Below, piece by piece: positions 9,205 to 18,923 of a DNA stretch of 51,838 bases (position 1 is its first letter; each line of letters starts with the position of its first letter). A program made the translations under genes and the position numbers. The stretch comes from an uncultured bacterium. Lineage in GTDB: Bacteria > Patescibacteriota > Microgenomatia > UBA1400 > PJMF01. The notes below the pieces were generated by a model. That model searched no databases. It had not been told where the DNA came from and was given only the letters and a program-made list of their open reading frames with translations. The stretch is taken from assembly GCA_903959355.1 (NCBI GenBank), contig CAJBWJ010000032.1, positions 1 through 51,838 of the forward strand, written 5' to 3'.

Positions 9205-11433
9205 TTACTTTGGAGGGGTGTAGTCGTTTATGCTATAAACACCGTGCTGATCTGGTTTCATTTCTTTTTTTTCTGGTTCGCCAAAAACAGTTTTTATTTT
9301 AAAGTCTTCTTTTGGCTTCTCTTCTTCATTATTTTGGCTTTGGGCAATGTTATTTTCTCTCTTTTCTAATTCATCATCAGGATTAAAAGCGAGGTGGTCA
9401 CTTTTTAAGGCGCTTTCTGCTGTCTTGTCGGCATTCTCCAGCAAATCCTCTTTAACGTCTATTTCTGGGCTTTGCCATTTTGGTTTATTTTGTTTAATTT
9501 CTTCATGTGAATTTTTAAAATCAGCACTATTAACCAATCGCTGTTTTCTAAGCTCTCTTGTTTTTTTATAGCTCTCATAGCTTTCACTTCTTGGTTCTAG
9601 TCCAGAGCTAATTGTCTTTTTTATTTCTTTGTCATCTTTTTGCTTAAGAATTTCTTCTGGGTTAGTGGTGATAACAGCATGTTCTGCTGGAGAGGCGATA
9701 ACTTTAAGCGCGACGTGGTTCTGACCGGCAAAAAAGATGCCCTCACCAACATCCGATGAGACGAGTAGTTGTCTTTCACCCTCAGATAAGTAAAAAGTTT
9801 GAGTTAAGATTGGTACAGAAGCAGTAGATTGTTTCATTAAAAACTGGATGGAAGCGTTAGAGACGATTGCTTTGCCATAGTCATTGTGTAAAAAGTCTTC
9901 CACATCCTGAGTAATAGTGGTGATGCCTAGATAATATTTACGAGCTCTTTTGACCATCGAATAAACAAAGGCTGCGCTATCTGGATGCATCATAAAGTAC
10001 CAAGCCTCATCAATAACAAGAATACGGCGTTTGAGGTTCTTTTTTACTCTAGTCCAGATGAAATCAAGAATCACATACATGGCAATTGGACGAAGTGATT
10101 CTTCCATTTCTTTAACTGAAAAAACTGTAAACTGAGACTGAATGTTGATGTTGGAAGCCTGATCAAAAATTCCACGGAAAGAACCGGTAATAAATTTTTC
10201 CAAACGGGCGGCAATATCATCACTTTCGTCTTGCTCCATACCGATCAGGGCTTTGTATAGATCTTCCATAAGTGGAGGAGTGTTTTTTTGAGTGGCCGGA
10301 TCTGGAGTAATTCCTTTGGCTTTGTAAGCAGCAATAATAGAGCGATCAAGAAGAGCTTCCTGTTGAGGAGTCATTTCGCCAAGCATAACCTTGAGAAGAC
10401 CGTGAATAGAGAGAATTTTTTGGCCTAATTCATTTTCACCTTCTTCGTAGACATTGGACAAGTCGAAAGGATTTATTTTGGCTTTTGAGCCAAATGTAAA
10501 GTTGATGTATTCGCCGCCAACCATTTTGCAGAGTTCCTCATACTCATGCTCAGGATCGAGAACGATAACTTCGGCATCAAACATTAATTGGCGAAGAACC
10601 TCAAGTTTAACGGTATAGGATTTACCGGCACCAGATTTGGCAAAAATAACCATGTTGGCGTTTTCCATTTTAAAGCGATCAAAAATGACCAAAGAATCAT
10701 TGTGCTCGTTGATGCCATAAACGATACCGGTTTCCATGGTTAATTCTGAAGAAGTGAATGGAAAAGTGGTGGCTAGGGAAGTGGTGTCCATGTTTCTGGT
10801 CACAGAAAGACGATCAACTCCCATTGGTAGGGTGGTCTTAAAACCCTCGTCCATCTGTAGGGCTGATTTTTTGGAAACAATCATTAAAGCACCTAGGGTA
10901 CTTTGAATACTTTTGGTAATTTTATCTAGAACTTCTTTGCTGTCGGCACGAACCGTAACGTAAAGACCAAACTGAAAAAATCTCTCTGAGCCAGCTGCCA
11001 ATTGTTCGCGCATGGAGCGAGCATCACTTAATTTAATTTCTGTATTAATGTTGCTGATTTTTCCGGATCTTATATCCGAAGTAATTTCAGCCTCCATTTC
11101 GGTAATTTTTCTCTTTAAATTATCCAAAATATCACCAGTATCAGATGGAAAGACAAACATGGAAATGTTGGCTTGTTGCGGATAGTTAATGAGCGGCGAG
11201 AGCCAGTTGGCTGGAACAGCTCTCGGATAACCAGCCACAAACAATGTTCTAGTATAAGTAGAATTAATTTTTTGGTAAGTAAAATCAACTTCAATGGCTT
11301 CTGGAGCAATAATATCTTGAATGGTGACTAATCCGCGAGAGAATTCACCCAGTTTTTCTTGCGTGTATTTTTCTGCATCTATCTGATTTTGCTCAGTCGA
11401 AGCGGTGGTTTTCTTTTTGCCAAAAAAATTCAT
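9205..11433 (-). CDS. VirB4/TraC-like type IV secretion ATPase
   Basis: Walker A AKSGAGKS, LDPEHEY, INPFD, Walker B ILVIDEAW, KRARKY and ITQDVEDF. Has a charged ~140-aa C-terminal extension. Confidence 0.9.
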   Translation of the reverse strand: MNFFGKKKTTASTEQNQIDAEKYTQEKLGEFSRGLVTIQDIIAPEAIEVDFTYQKINSTYTRTLFVAGYPRAVPANWLSPLINYPQQANISMFVFPSDTGDILDNLKRKITEMEAEITSDIRSGKISNINTEIKLSDARSMREQLAAGSERFFQFGLYVTVRADSKEVLDKITKSIQSTLGALMIVSKKSALQMDEGFKTTLPMGVDRLSVTRNMDTTSLATTFPFTSSELTMETGIVYGINEHNDSLVIFDRFKMENANMVIFAKSGAGKSYTVKLEVLRQLMFDAEVIVLDPEHEYEELCKMVGGEYINFTFGSKAKINPFDLSNVYEEGENELGQKILSIHGLLKVMLGEMTPQQEALLDRSIIAAYKAKGITPDPATQKNTPPLMEDLYKALIGMEQDESDDIAARLEKFITGSFRGIFDQASNINIQSQFTVFSVKEMEESLRPIAMYVILDFIWTRVKKNLKRRILVIDEAWYFMMHPDSAAFVYSMVKRARKYYLGITTITQDVEDFLHNDYGKAIVSNASIQFLMKQSTASVPILTQTFYLSEGERQLLVSSDVGEGIFFAGQNHVALKVIASPAEHAVITTNPEEILKQKDDKEIKKTISSGLEPRSESYESYKKTRELRKQRLVNSADFKNSHEEIKQNKPKWQSPEIDVKEDLLENADKTAESALKSDHLAFNPDDELEKRENNIAQSQNNEEEKPKEDFKIKTVFGEPEKKEMKPDQHGVYSINDYTPPK

Positions 11434-11442
11434 ATTATTTTT

Positions 11443-12936
11443 TTATATAGTTTGATTTTGATCTGGTTTTAATTCTGGCTCAAATTTATTTTGTAGTGGA
11501 GTGATTTCTTCTGCGAAATCACTAGCTAGATTATTATCTGGTGTAATTGAATTCGTTGGGTCAGTAGCTGGTTCTAAGCTTGAACTCAAGTTCGAATCTA
11601 AAGCTGGCTCGACAGCTGGCTCAGTAATTGGATTAGCAATTGGTTCTGTAGTTGGCTCGACAGCTGATTGCTCTGACGAAGTCACTGGACTCTGTTCAAC
11701 AAAAGTTTGAGGAAGAGCGACTTCTGGCTCAGAAAGACTAGAATCAATAAGACTAGAATCAAGACTGATGTCTAAATTTTGGTTTATTTCTTGAGCAGGT
11801 TGGATTGCAGGTTGGTTTATTGGAGCCATTTGTTCTGGAACCATTTGTTCTGCCGAGACCTGATTCGGAACAGCAGAGATAACTGGAGCAGTGGGATCAA
11901 TTGCTTGAGTAAATGGTTCAACAACTGTTTCAATGACTGGTTCGACGATTGGATTGACAATCGGTTCAGAAACTAGAGTTGAATCTACAATTGGACTAAT
12001 AATTGGCTGCTGAACTTCTGGGGTTGCTGATTCCATTACTGGTTGAGCAGCTAAGTTTGAAGTGATTGGCAGATCAGTGTTAGTGGTTGTTGGTTCTGCT
12101 GCTGGAAGATTAGCCAGGCTGCTAGCTGGAGCGGTCGGGGCTGGATTGCCGCTTAAGATTTCTTCTGCAGAAGGACCTTGTGGCATTTGTGCGACTGATG
12201 CTGCCTGATCTTGAACTGGGTTGCCAGATTGATTGTTTAATTGCATAAATTTTCCTCCAAAACTCGCCCTAACTAGGGGAGTGGTATAGTTTTCACTACT
12301 ACTTATTTCTTGTCCCTCAACTGCTTCGGGATTGTAATTTATATAAAAATTTTGAATTATTTCTTGAGTGCTAAGTTGTCTCACATACAATCCAAGGCGA
12401 TTGAATTGAGAAGTTAGATGATCTCTTCTCGGCTCTAATATATTGGTGGCCTTTTCTATAAGAACACTCTTTTCAACAGAGCTGATATCAAAAGCATTTT
12501 TTCCAGGCAAAACGCTAGATGGACTAATCAAGCCCATTTCTCCAGGGGTTGCCGGAACAATAATGTAGAAACGTTTTTGCAGAACATTTCTTTCTTTTAT
12601 TAAAGCTGCAACAAAATCTCTATATTGCTTAATCAATGTTGCTTTTCGATCTGAACTTGCTTTTGTGATTTGTTCATCAAGAAGTCTCAGATATTTTGTT
12701 GCGTCTTTGGTTTGGGATTGTATGTTGATTTGAATTGGGTAGTTTAAAGAATTTAGCAAAGATCCATATGTGAAAATAACCGCATCCTGCTCTTGCTCCG
12801 CTAATAAGCTAAAATTCATCGTTCCGACTTGAAGAATTATGGCAGCAGTGCCATCTTTTAATAGAACCATGTCGTTGACAATGTCATAGACATCAAGAAA
12901 TTCTTGAGTAGTTGATCTAATCGCGTTATCGCTCAT
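11443..12936 (-). CDS. VirB4-associated conserved protein (TraC-N-like domain) with a Pro/Glu/Thr-rich tail
   Basis: The first ~225 aa (STTQEFLDVYDI..D.VLLKDG...NFSLLAEQEQDA.I..YGSLLNSLNYPIQI) resemble the protein found between prgI and virB4 in CPR loci. The remainder is low-complexity EP/PA repeats. Confidence 0.65.
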   Translation of the reverse strand: MSDNAIRSTTQEFLDVYDIVNDMVLLKDGTAAIILQVGTMNFSLLAEQEQDAVIFTYGSLLNSLNYPIQINIQSQTKDATKYLRLLDEQITKASSDRKATLIKQYRDFVAALIKERNVLQKRFYIIVPATPGEMGLISPSSVLPGKNAFDISSVEKSVLIEKATNILEPRRDHLTSQFNRLGLYVRQLSTQEIIQNFYINYNPEAVEGQEISSSENYTTPLVRASFGGKFMQLNNQSGNPVQDQAASVAQMPQGPSAEEILSGNPAPTAPASSLANLPAAEPTTTNTDLPITSNLAAQPVMESATPEVQQPIISPIVDSTLVSEPIVNPIVEPVIETVVEPFTQAIDPTAPVISAVPNQVSAEQMVPEQMAPINQPAIQPAQEINQNLDISLDSSLIDSSLSEPEVALPQTFVEQSPVTSSEQSAVEPTTEPIANPITEPAVEPALDSNLSSSLEPATDPTNSITPDNNLASDFAEEITPLQNKFEPELKPDQNQTI

Positions 12937-12960
12937 GAGCTAGCTTTAGTTTACTAAATT

Positions 12961-13815
12961 TTAGGGCTTGATTACAAGGGGATTGAGAATTTCCCCCTTT
13001 AATTCTATTTCAAAGTTTGGATATTTTTGATCATCTTTTTCTGCCAATATTAAATATTTTCCATTTTCAAGAGATTTGTTGATTGCAAAATTACCATCTC
13101 TATCGCTTTTGATTATCCTTAGGCTTTCTTTGCTTTGATTTTGAATTTCAATAATTGCTTGCGGCACTGCTTGTCCCATTCCATCTATTATTAGTCCATA
13201 AATTTGATTTGGCAGATGATCGCTTGTGGAGACAAAGGCTTGAGGAGCTTTAAGCTTTCTAACTCTTATTTTTAAGTCTGGTTTTTCTTGTTTTCTAATT
13301 TCAACTTCAACTTCATCTTGATCAACTTTAACATTGTCGAATTCATTGAGAATGTTACTAATTTTTTGATTTTCTTCTAAATCAAAATCATCTAATTTTT
13401 CATCACTTGGAATGCTTTTTAGATATTCAAAAATTCTTTGTTTTTTAGCGGGGTTTAAATTAACACTTGGTGCAAAGAAGTCTTCTTGAGCGCTTGTAAT
13501 TTTATAATTAAAAAAATCAGGGATTTTACTGGCTTTTTTCCAAAAAAATTTCGTTGGCTTATAAATGTTTTTAAAAAAAGTTTTAATCCAGTGATCCATC
13601 GGTCTTTCTTCCAAAGGAACAAATGCAATTAAGGCTCCTAAGCCGACTGTTAAAAAAATAAGAGGCCATTTAATCATGCCAATTAAGTTAGTTTTAAAGA
13701 TAACAAAAGCAATAATTACAGCCAAGGCCATTTCTCCAAATTGCTTTAGAGTCATCTGACCGATGAGGTGAAATTTATAGTTGGTAATGTCTTGCGGAAT
13801 TGCGTGCTGTTTCAT
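12961..13815 (-). CDS. PrgI-family (VirB3-like) membrane protein with a C-terminal beta-sandwich domain
   Basis: HAIPQDIT.YKFHLIGQMTLKQF, two TM helices and ERPMDHW. The C-terminus (IYGLIIDGMGQAVPQAIIEI...SDRDGNF...GKYLI) resembles a carboxypeptidase-regulatory-like domain. Confidence 0.8.
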   Translation of the reverse strand: MKQHAIPQDITNYKFHLIGQMTLKQFGEMALAVIIAFVIFKTNLIGMIKWPLIFLTVGLGALIAFVPLEERPMDHWIKTFFKNIYKPTKFFWKKASKIPDFFNYKITSAQEDFFAPSVNLNPAKKQRIFEYLKSIPSDEKLDDFDLEENQKISNILNEFDNVKVDQDEVEVEIRKQEKPDLKIRVRKLKAPQAFVSTSDHLPNQIYGLIIDGMGQAVPQAIIEIQNQSKESLRIIKSDRDGNFAINKSLENGKYLILAEKDDQKYPNFEIELKGEILNPLVIKP

Positions 13816-13852
13816 CGATTAATCCATTTTAGCAGAAAGGCTTTGGACTTGT

Positions 13853-14860
13853 TTAGTCGTTAACAGCAGCAGCCACTGCTGGGGTAATTATTTCTGCTTC
13901 AATTTTAATTCCACTAGAATTAGTTATTTTTGCCCCAAATCTATAAAAAGGATAGGCAATTTTTAGCTTATCGTCATAGCGATACTCAATTTTTATTGAA
14001 TATAGATCAGCATTATTAATCCAATTAAGATCAATCGCAGAACTAGCTTTACTATCGGCTTTAATAATTGAGGCATTGCCTTTTTTAATATTATTAATTG
14101 ATTGGTCGATAGAAACAGAAGGAAGTTGTTTTAAAATTTGAAAATTTTGGAAAAAATCTCTAAAAACAATTCTTTCCAAAGCATAAGAATTATTTACGCG
14201 GCAAAAGAATGGGTAGTTGTTTTGATTTTCATAAAAAACTTTATAACCGTCTAATTCGTAAGTTAGAGGAATTTGTAAAAAAACAGCTTTTTTAGGATCA
14301 GTGCTGGTTTGTTCAAAACCGCTGTTTAAATAAATAAGATTGTCTCTTTGTGGAACCAGTGGCGATAAGATGTTATATTTGTTGTAGAAATTTAGGCAGG
14401 TAGACAGGGCTTCTTCAGTAACAATGGGTAAATTATCATCTCCTTTATTTTCAGTGACGCTGCTAAAAGTATAGTAGTTTTCGTAACTATTTTTAGTGAG
14501 AGAATTCTTGCTTGCGAGCCAATAATTTGGAATTTTGCTATCGGCTTCAAGCTGATATTCGTTGATTAATTTATTTGCTAGTCCATCAGCTATTCCGGTG
14601 TTGTTCTCTGTTTGATAGACATTAAATAGCTCTGGAATTTCTATTTTACTGCCGCTAAAAGATACTTTTTTGAAGGTGCTTTGAGTGTCGTCGTAATTAT
14701 TAACTACAAAATTATTAGCAATAATTGTCTCAGATGGTGGAGTAATTATGACAAAAACAGCGGCCAAAATTAAGGCGGCAACTATAACAGCAATGACTAT
14801 AAATAAGAAATTTATTTTTTTTAGGCCGTTTTTCTTTGGCTCAGATGTGTGATTTTGCAT
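13853..14860 (-). CDS. Hypothetical bitopic membrane protein in the T4SS-like operon
   Basis: 335-aa ORF with one N-terminal TM helix. Tightly spaced between the M23 gene and prgI. Confidence 0.7.
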   Translation of the reverse strand: MQNHTSEPKKNGLKKINFLFIVIAVIVAALILAAVFVIITPPSETIIANNFVVNNYDDTQSTFKKVSFSGSKIEIPELFNVYQTENNTGIADGLANKLINEYQLEADSKIPNYWLASKNSLTKNSYENYYTFSSVTENKGDDNLPIVTEEALSTCLNFYNKYNILSPLVPQRDNLIYLNSGFEQTSTDPKKAVFLQIPLTYELDGYKVFYENQNNYPFFCRVNNSYALERIVFRDFFQNFQILKQLPSVSIDQSINNIKKGNASIIKADSKASSAIDLNWINNADLYSIKIEYRYDDKLKIAYPFYRFGAKITNSSGIKIEAEIITPAVAAAVND

Positions 14861-14876
14861 ATTTTTATTCCTATTT

Positions 14877-17800
14877 TTAATCGTAGCAACTAGTTACATG
14901 ATCACCAACTTTAGCAGGAGAATTACCATTGTCTGTCTCTGGCATTAGCTGTTCAATGGCTGAGCTTGCTGGTTTTGATCCCCACCAACCGCCCCCCGCA
15001 TCAATTACTGTTCCAAAATGTGAGTGCACATCTCCGATTCCTCTGTTGCTCATTAGTCCAATCATAAAGCCAGCTTCAACCTGCATGCAGGTGTTTGGAG
15101 TACTAAGGGCTGGGTTTGGTTCCTGAAAGTGAGCAAAGTCTTCATAGTAGGTTTGACCTTCGTATTGAAATTCCAGTATGTATCTACATCCATATTGATT
15201 GTCATCGCATCTCTTGAAACAAAGGTTTCCATCAAAATTAGCGTAAACTGGTGGGCCATAGATAGCTGCTCCGGAACAACCATCACAACCAATGTCATAA
15301 CTATCACCAAAACCACCAGCATTTGGAGGGCTGTGGCTGTAATCTCCGAATGGTAATTGCCAGATTGTTCCTGTTGACGGCCAACATCCGGCACCAGCGC
15401 TACAATTTCCAAGACAAACTCTCGCCGCAGTTGTAACGTTATCTGTTCCAGACATAAAAGAGTTTTGATAATAAAAATTAGCCTCAATGGTATTGAGAAT
15501 AGCAGTGTGATTGTAGTTAGAATCCAACTCATCTAGAGTGTAAGTAAATGTTAGGCTTTCGCCGGCTGGAATTACAATAACGCCATCTGTTGGAACTGTT
15601 TCTGATGGAGTCGGTGTTATTTCTCCAGAGCCAATAGTTGGCGTAGGGGTAGTACTAAGCGGAGTGTTTGTTAAACCTCCCTGTTCTTTGATCAAATCTT
15701 TAAAATAATCAAAATCCAAAAGCTTCTCACTCGGAATACTTGGCATGGCCTGACCAGCTTCTTCCCAGCCTTTTTTACTCTGTTTAAACTTAATTGTGTC
15801 TTTTATATCGGTGATTTGTAGTGAAAAATCTTCTTTTGGTTTAATAGTGACAGTGTATTCTATGGAAAGAGGGAAGGATGGATTTTCACATTTAGCCCCA
15901 TCGTTCTCTGGGCTGGCACAACCAGTTTTAATAACTGCGGTTTTGTTAATTTCTGCGTATTTAGATGTCTTTTCACCGCCAGCTCCTCCATTTATTTCTG
16001 ATTCATTTTTTGGAAAATCTGTTAAAAAAGCTGAGTTTAAACTTGTTTGATAAATAAAAATAAAAATAGTGCTTGCTCCAACGGTGGCAATGACAGCCTG
16101 TCCAGCTGTGGCCATTGCCGAAGAAGAGAATTGATTCATTAGGGTCTTGGCTCCTTGAGGAAATTGAGCTCCAGCTCCTTGTCCTTGTGCAGCTGCTCTC
16201 TGTGCCAAGTTAGTTCCGCTTTGACTGCCAAAACCTCCAATTCCTTCACCAATCTTACCAAGAGCTTTTTCTGCTCCAGAGAAGAAATCCTTTATCCCCG
16301 CAAATCCATTGCGCAGCATAATGGCTGCAGGAGCCAGAAGCAATAATAAGGGCAGCATTGAGCTGAGTGCGGCTAGAACAGCGAGCGCAACCAGCCACGG
16401 CCAATTTTTTTTGATAAACTCCAGAACTTTTTCTAAACCCATTTCAATGAGCTGGTTTTTAATTTGTTTAAGAATAGGAATGGAGGCTTCTGCTGCCAAA
16501 AGACCCTCTCCAAATCCAGGAATTAAATAAAGAGCGTCTCCTATGGCTTCAGCAGCTAGTCTTTTACCTGTCTGTCCGATAGCGCTGTCCATGAGGCCGG
16601 TACCGTGATACTCGGTTTCTGGGTCAAAAGCTTGTTGAACATAGCCACTTTCGTCTCTAGCAAAAGCCCCGGGACCAAAAGCTTCTCCAGCCTGGATCAT
16701 ATACAGATCCATTGGGTTTATTTGAGGAAGAATGGTAGTTTCAAAAATTTGAATATTATATGTTGTGTAGGCAACACCAGGCATATAAAACTCAAAGTAA
16801 ACCTTCATGGTTTTTTGCTGTTCAGCTGGTTTAAGTTCTGCTAGCTTGGCTGATAAATATTTAGAAATTAAGTCTTTTTGTTGGGCTTTAAAATCTTCTG
16901 CTGCTTTGTTGTCGACTAATCCATCTAATTCGTCCAATTCGTTTAGTTCTCCTGCATTTTCAGCGAGTTCTTCAGCAGTTGATCTTCCGCCAGTGTAATT
17001 AAGAGTGGTTCCTAAATTGCGTAAAACAGCAGCTCTTTTTGGATCTTTTTTGATTTTTTCATAAAGCTTTTGCGCTTCTTCTGGAGTTAGCTTCTCTTGA
17101 CTGAATTCTTCTCTAATTTCTTTGGCCCAAATAGCTCTTTTGCGTTTCCAATAAAAAATAATTAAATTAGCAAGTTCTTCTTTATGTTCATTAAATTGTT
17201 TTTGATCTATGTCGTTACCAAAAATATTTTTAAAGCGGTTGTAGTCAAAATTCTTTGGATCAGGAATAAGATATTCTGGAGGCAAACCTTGTTGAATCAA
17301 AAGCTCAATAATTGAGCGGGTATTATTTACAATACGCTCGTTTGTTACGCTGTCGTATCCAATAATTCCACTCAATTTCTCTAGAAGAGTTTTGTCCAAT
17401 TGCTGTTCGTTATTGATGATGTCCAATTCTCTTTCAATAACTCTGGCGAAATCAGGATTGGCGGCAGTTTTATCTATCTGTTTTTGAGCAGCTTCTGTGC
17501 TCAATATATTTTCTTTATCGTTTTTTATTCTTTGGCTGATTTTATCTTTAGTGAGTTTTTTCTTTTCATTTTCTTTAGTTCTTTTTTCAGCGCCTTTGCC
17601 TCTCATGGCAATATCGCGCACAGCGGAATTAATCAAGTTTAGCCCATGAACATCCATTAATAAGCCAAGAGCAGCTTGATTACTAAAGTTAATTCTTTGA
17701 GATGAGTCGCTAATGAGTTTGTCTAAAGAAAATTCGCCACCAAGCAATAACGTTTCAACTTGCAGAAAAGAGCGATCCATTAATTGACGACGAATTTCGA

Positions 17801-18728
17801 GCGGCAATTGATCAAAAGTGACCTGCATTCCCGGAGGAAGTCCAAGTTTAGCCAATGACTCTGCATTAAAATATCTATTAAGAGCCTGATTGATCGCTAT
17901 AATTGAAAGAGATTGAATGTAGAGCTTGGATTCTGAGTCTAGCTCGGAGATTTTGACAGGTGTTCTTGATTGGTCTGGAGGTTGATCTGGTCTTCTTTGG
18001 CTTTCATCGCTTTTTTTCTGGCCATCCTGATCATTTCCTCCAAGATCAGAAGAATTGCCTGAAGCGCCTCCTCCACCTCCAAGTAAAATGCTTCCACCTC
18101 CACCGCCACCACTACCATCTGAGGCAGTAGTTCCTAATTGCTCGTCGTCATCTCTTGATTTATTTGTATCGAGAGGGCCAATACTTGGGGCCAAAATTTC
18201 ATGAATCAATTCTATTAACTTAATGATTCTGTCAGTTAGCTGTTCATTTTCAATGCGCTCCAGCTCTTCAATCGTGATTTTATTATTGGATGGGTGAACT
18301 CCAATCCATTCAAAAACACTTTTGATGTCATCTAATTTATTTCCTTGTTCCTGAGTGACAACAAAATTTCTATTACTCTTTAATGACGTGCGAATTTGTT
18401 CAACAAAATTAAGAAGATCTGAAAGAAAAATAAATGGTTGATCATCTGGATTTCCGATTCGACCCTCCAAAAGATCTTCAGCTCTACTTAGATCAAAGCG
18501 ATTGTCGCTAAAATGCCTTCCGGAGTCTGGTTTTTCAACGATGATGTTGCAAGTAACTTTTCTTGTGCCGGCTGAAACACTATAAAAATTTTTAATCCAG
18601 TAAGCACTATCACTTAAAACCTCATTGATTGCTTGTGGCTGCAAGTTTTCAACGCCAGAAATCTTCTTAAGACCAATACGGTCAGAGCGTTTAAAAATTT
18701 TGTTTTCTGAACTAGAAGAACTTGCCAT
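14877..18728 (-). CDS. Giant membrane protein with a C-terminal M23 peptidase domain
   Basis: C-terminal CWPSTG, H..(SHSPP)...YDIG, FAHF and IGLMSNRGIGDVHSHFG fit the M23 H(x)nD and HxH zinc ligands. Hydrophobic segments WPWLVALAVLAALSSMLPLLLLLAPAAIML and AVIATVGASTIFIFIY follow a long charged N-terminal region. Confidence 0.72.
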   Translation of the reverse strand: MASSSSSENKIFKRSDRIGLKKISGVENLQPQAINEVLSDSAYWIKNFYSVSAGTRKVTCNIIVEKPDSGRHFSDNRFDLSRAEDLLEGRIGNPDDQPFIFLSDLLNFVEQIRTSLKSNRNFVVTQEQGNKLDDIKSVFEWIGVHPSNNKITIEELERIENEQLTDRIIKLIELIHEILAPSIGPLDTNKSRDDDEQLGTTASDGSGGGGGGSILLGGGGGASGNSSDLGGNDQDGQKKSDESQRRPDQPPDQSRTPVKISELDSESKLYIQSLSIIAINQALNRYFNAESLAKLGLPPGMQVTFDQLPLEIRRQLMDRSFLQVETLLLGGEFSLDKLISDSSQRINFSNQAALGLLMDVHGLNLINSAVRDIAMRGKGAEKRTKENEKKKLTKDKISQRIKNDKENILSTEAAQKQIDKTAANPDFARVIERELDIINNEQQLDKTLLEKLSGIIGYDSVTNERIVNNTRSIIELLIQQGLPPEYLIPDPKNFDYNRFKNIFGNDIDQKQFNEHKEELANLIIFYWKRKRAIWAKEIREEFSQEKLTPEEAQKLYEKIKKDPKRAAVLRNLGTTLNYTGGRSTAEELAENAGELNELDELDGLVDNKAAEDFKAQQKDLISKYLSAKLAELKPAEQQKTMKVYFEFYMPGVAYTTYNIQIFETTILPQINPMDLYMIQAGEAFGPGAFARDESGYVQQAFDPETEYHGTGLMDSAIGQTGKRLAAEAIGDALYLIPGFGEGLLAAEASIPILKQIKNQLIEMGLEKVLEFIKKNWPWLVALAVLAALSSMLPLLLLLAPAAIMLRNGFAGIKDFFSGAEKALGKIGEGIGGFGSQSGTNLAQRAAAQGQGAGAQFPQGAKTLMNQFSSSAMATAGQAVIATVGASTIFIFIYQTSLNSAFLTDFPKNESEINGGAGGEKTSKYAEINKTAVIKTGCASPENDGAKCENPSFPLSIEYTVTIKPKEDFSLQITDIKDTIKFKQSKKGWEEAGQAMPSIPSEKLLDFDYFKDLIKEQGGLTNTPLSTTPTPTIGSGEITPTPSETVPTDGVIVIPAGESLTFTYTLDELDSNYNHTAILNTIEANFYYQNSFMSGTDNVTTAARVCLGNCSAGAGCWPSTGTIWQLPFGDYSHSPPNAGGFGDSYDIGCDGCSGAAIYGPPVYANFDGNLCFKRCDDNQYGCRYILEFQYEGQTYYEDFAHFQEPNPALSTPNTCMQVEAGFMIGLMSNRGIGDVHSHFGTVIDAGGGWWGSKPASSAIEQLMPETDNGNSPAKVGDHVTSCYD

Positions 18729-18923
18729 GACTAGCCAATTATAGCTGCAAGTAACAGAGAAGGGTAGTTATAGTAGGAGCTTTTTTGCAAAGAAAATGAG
18801 TATTTTAATGTATTTTTTGGTCTGTCTGTTAAAAATTACATTTTAAATAGATTTGCATCTGGGTTTTTCCATTCTAATTGTAGTATAATTTTCACTGTTA
18901 TACTCTTGTATTTCTTGTAAAAA

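Noticed and set aside
15062..15532. 156-aa alternative-frame ORF inside the M23 gene
   Set aside because: The main frame is intact and carries the M23 motifs. I saw no frameshift signal or independent start context.
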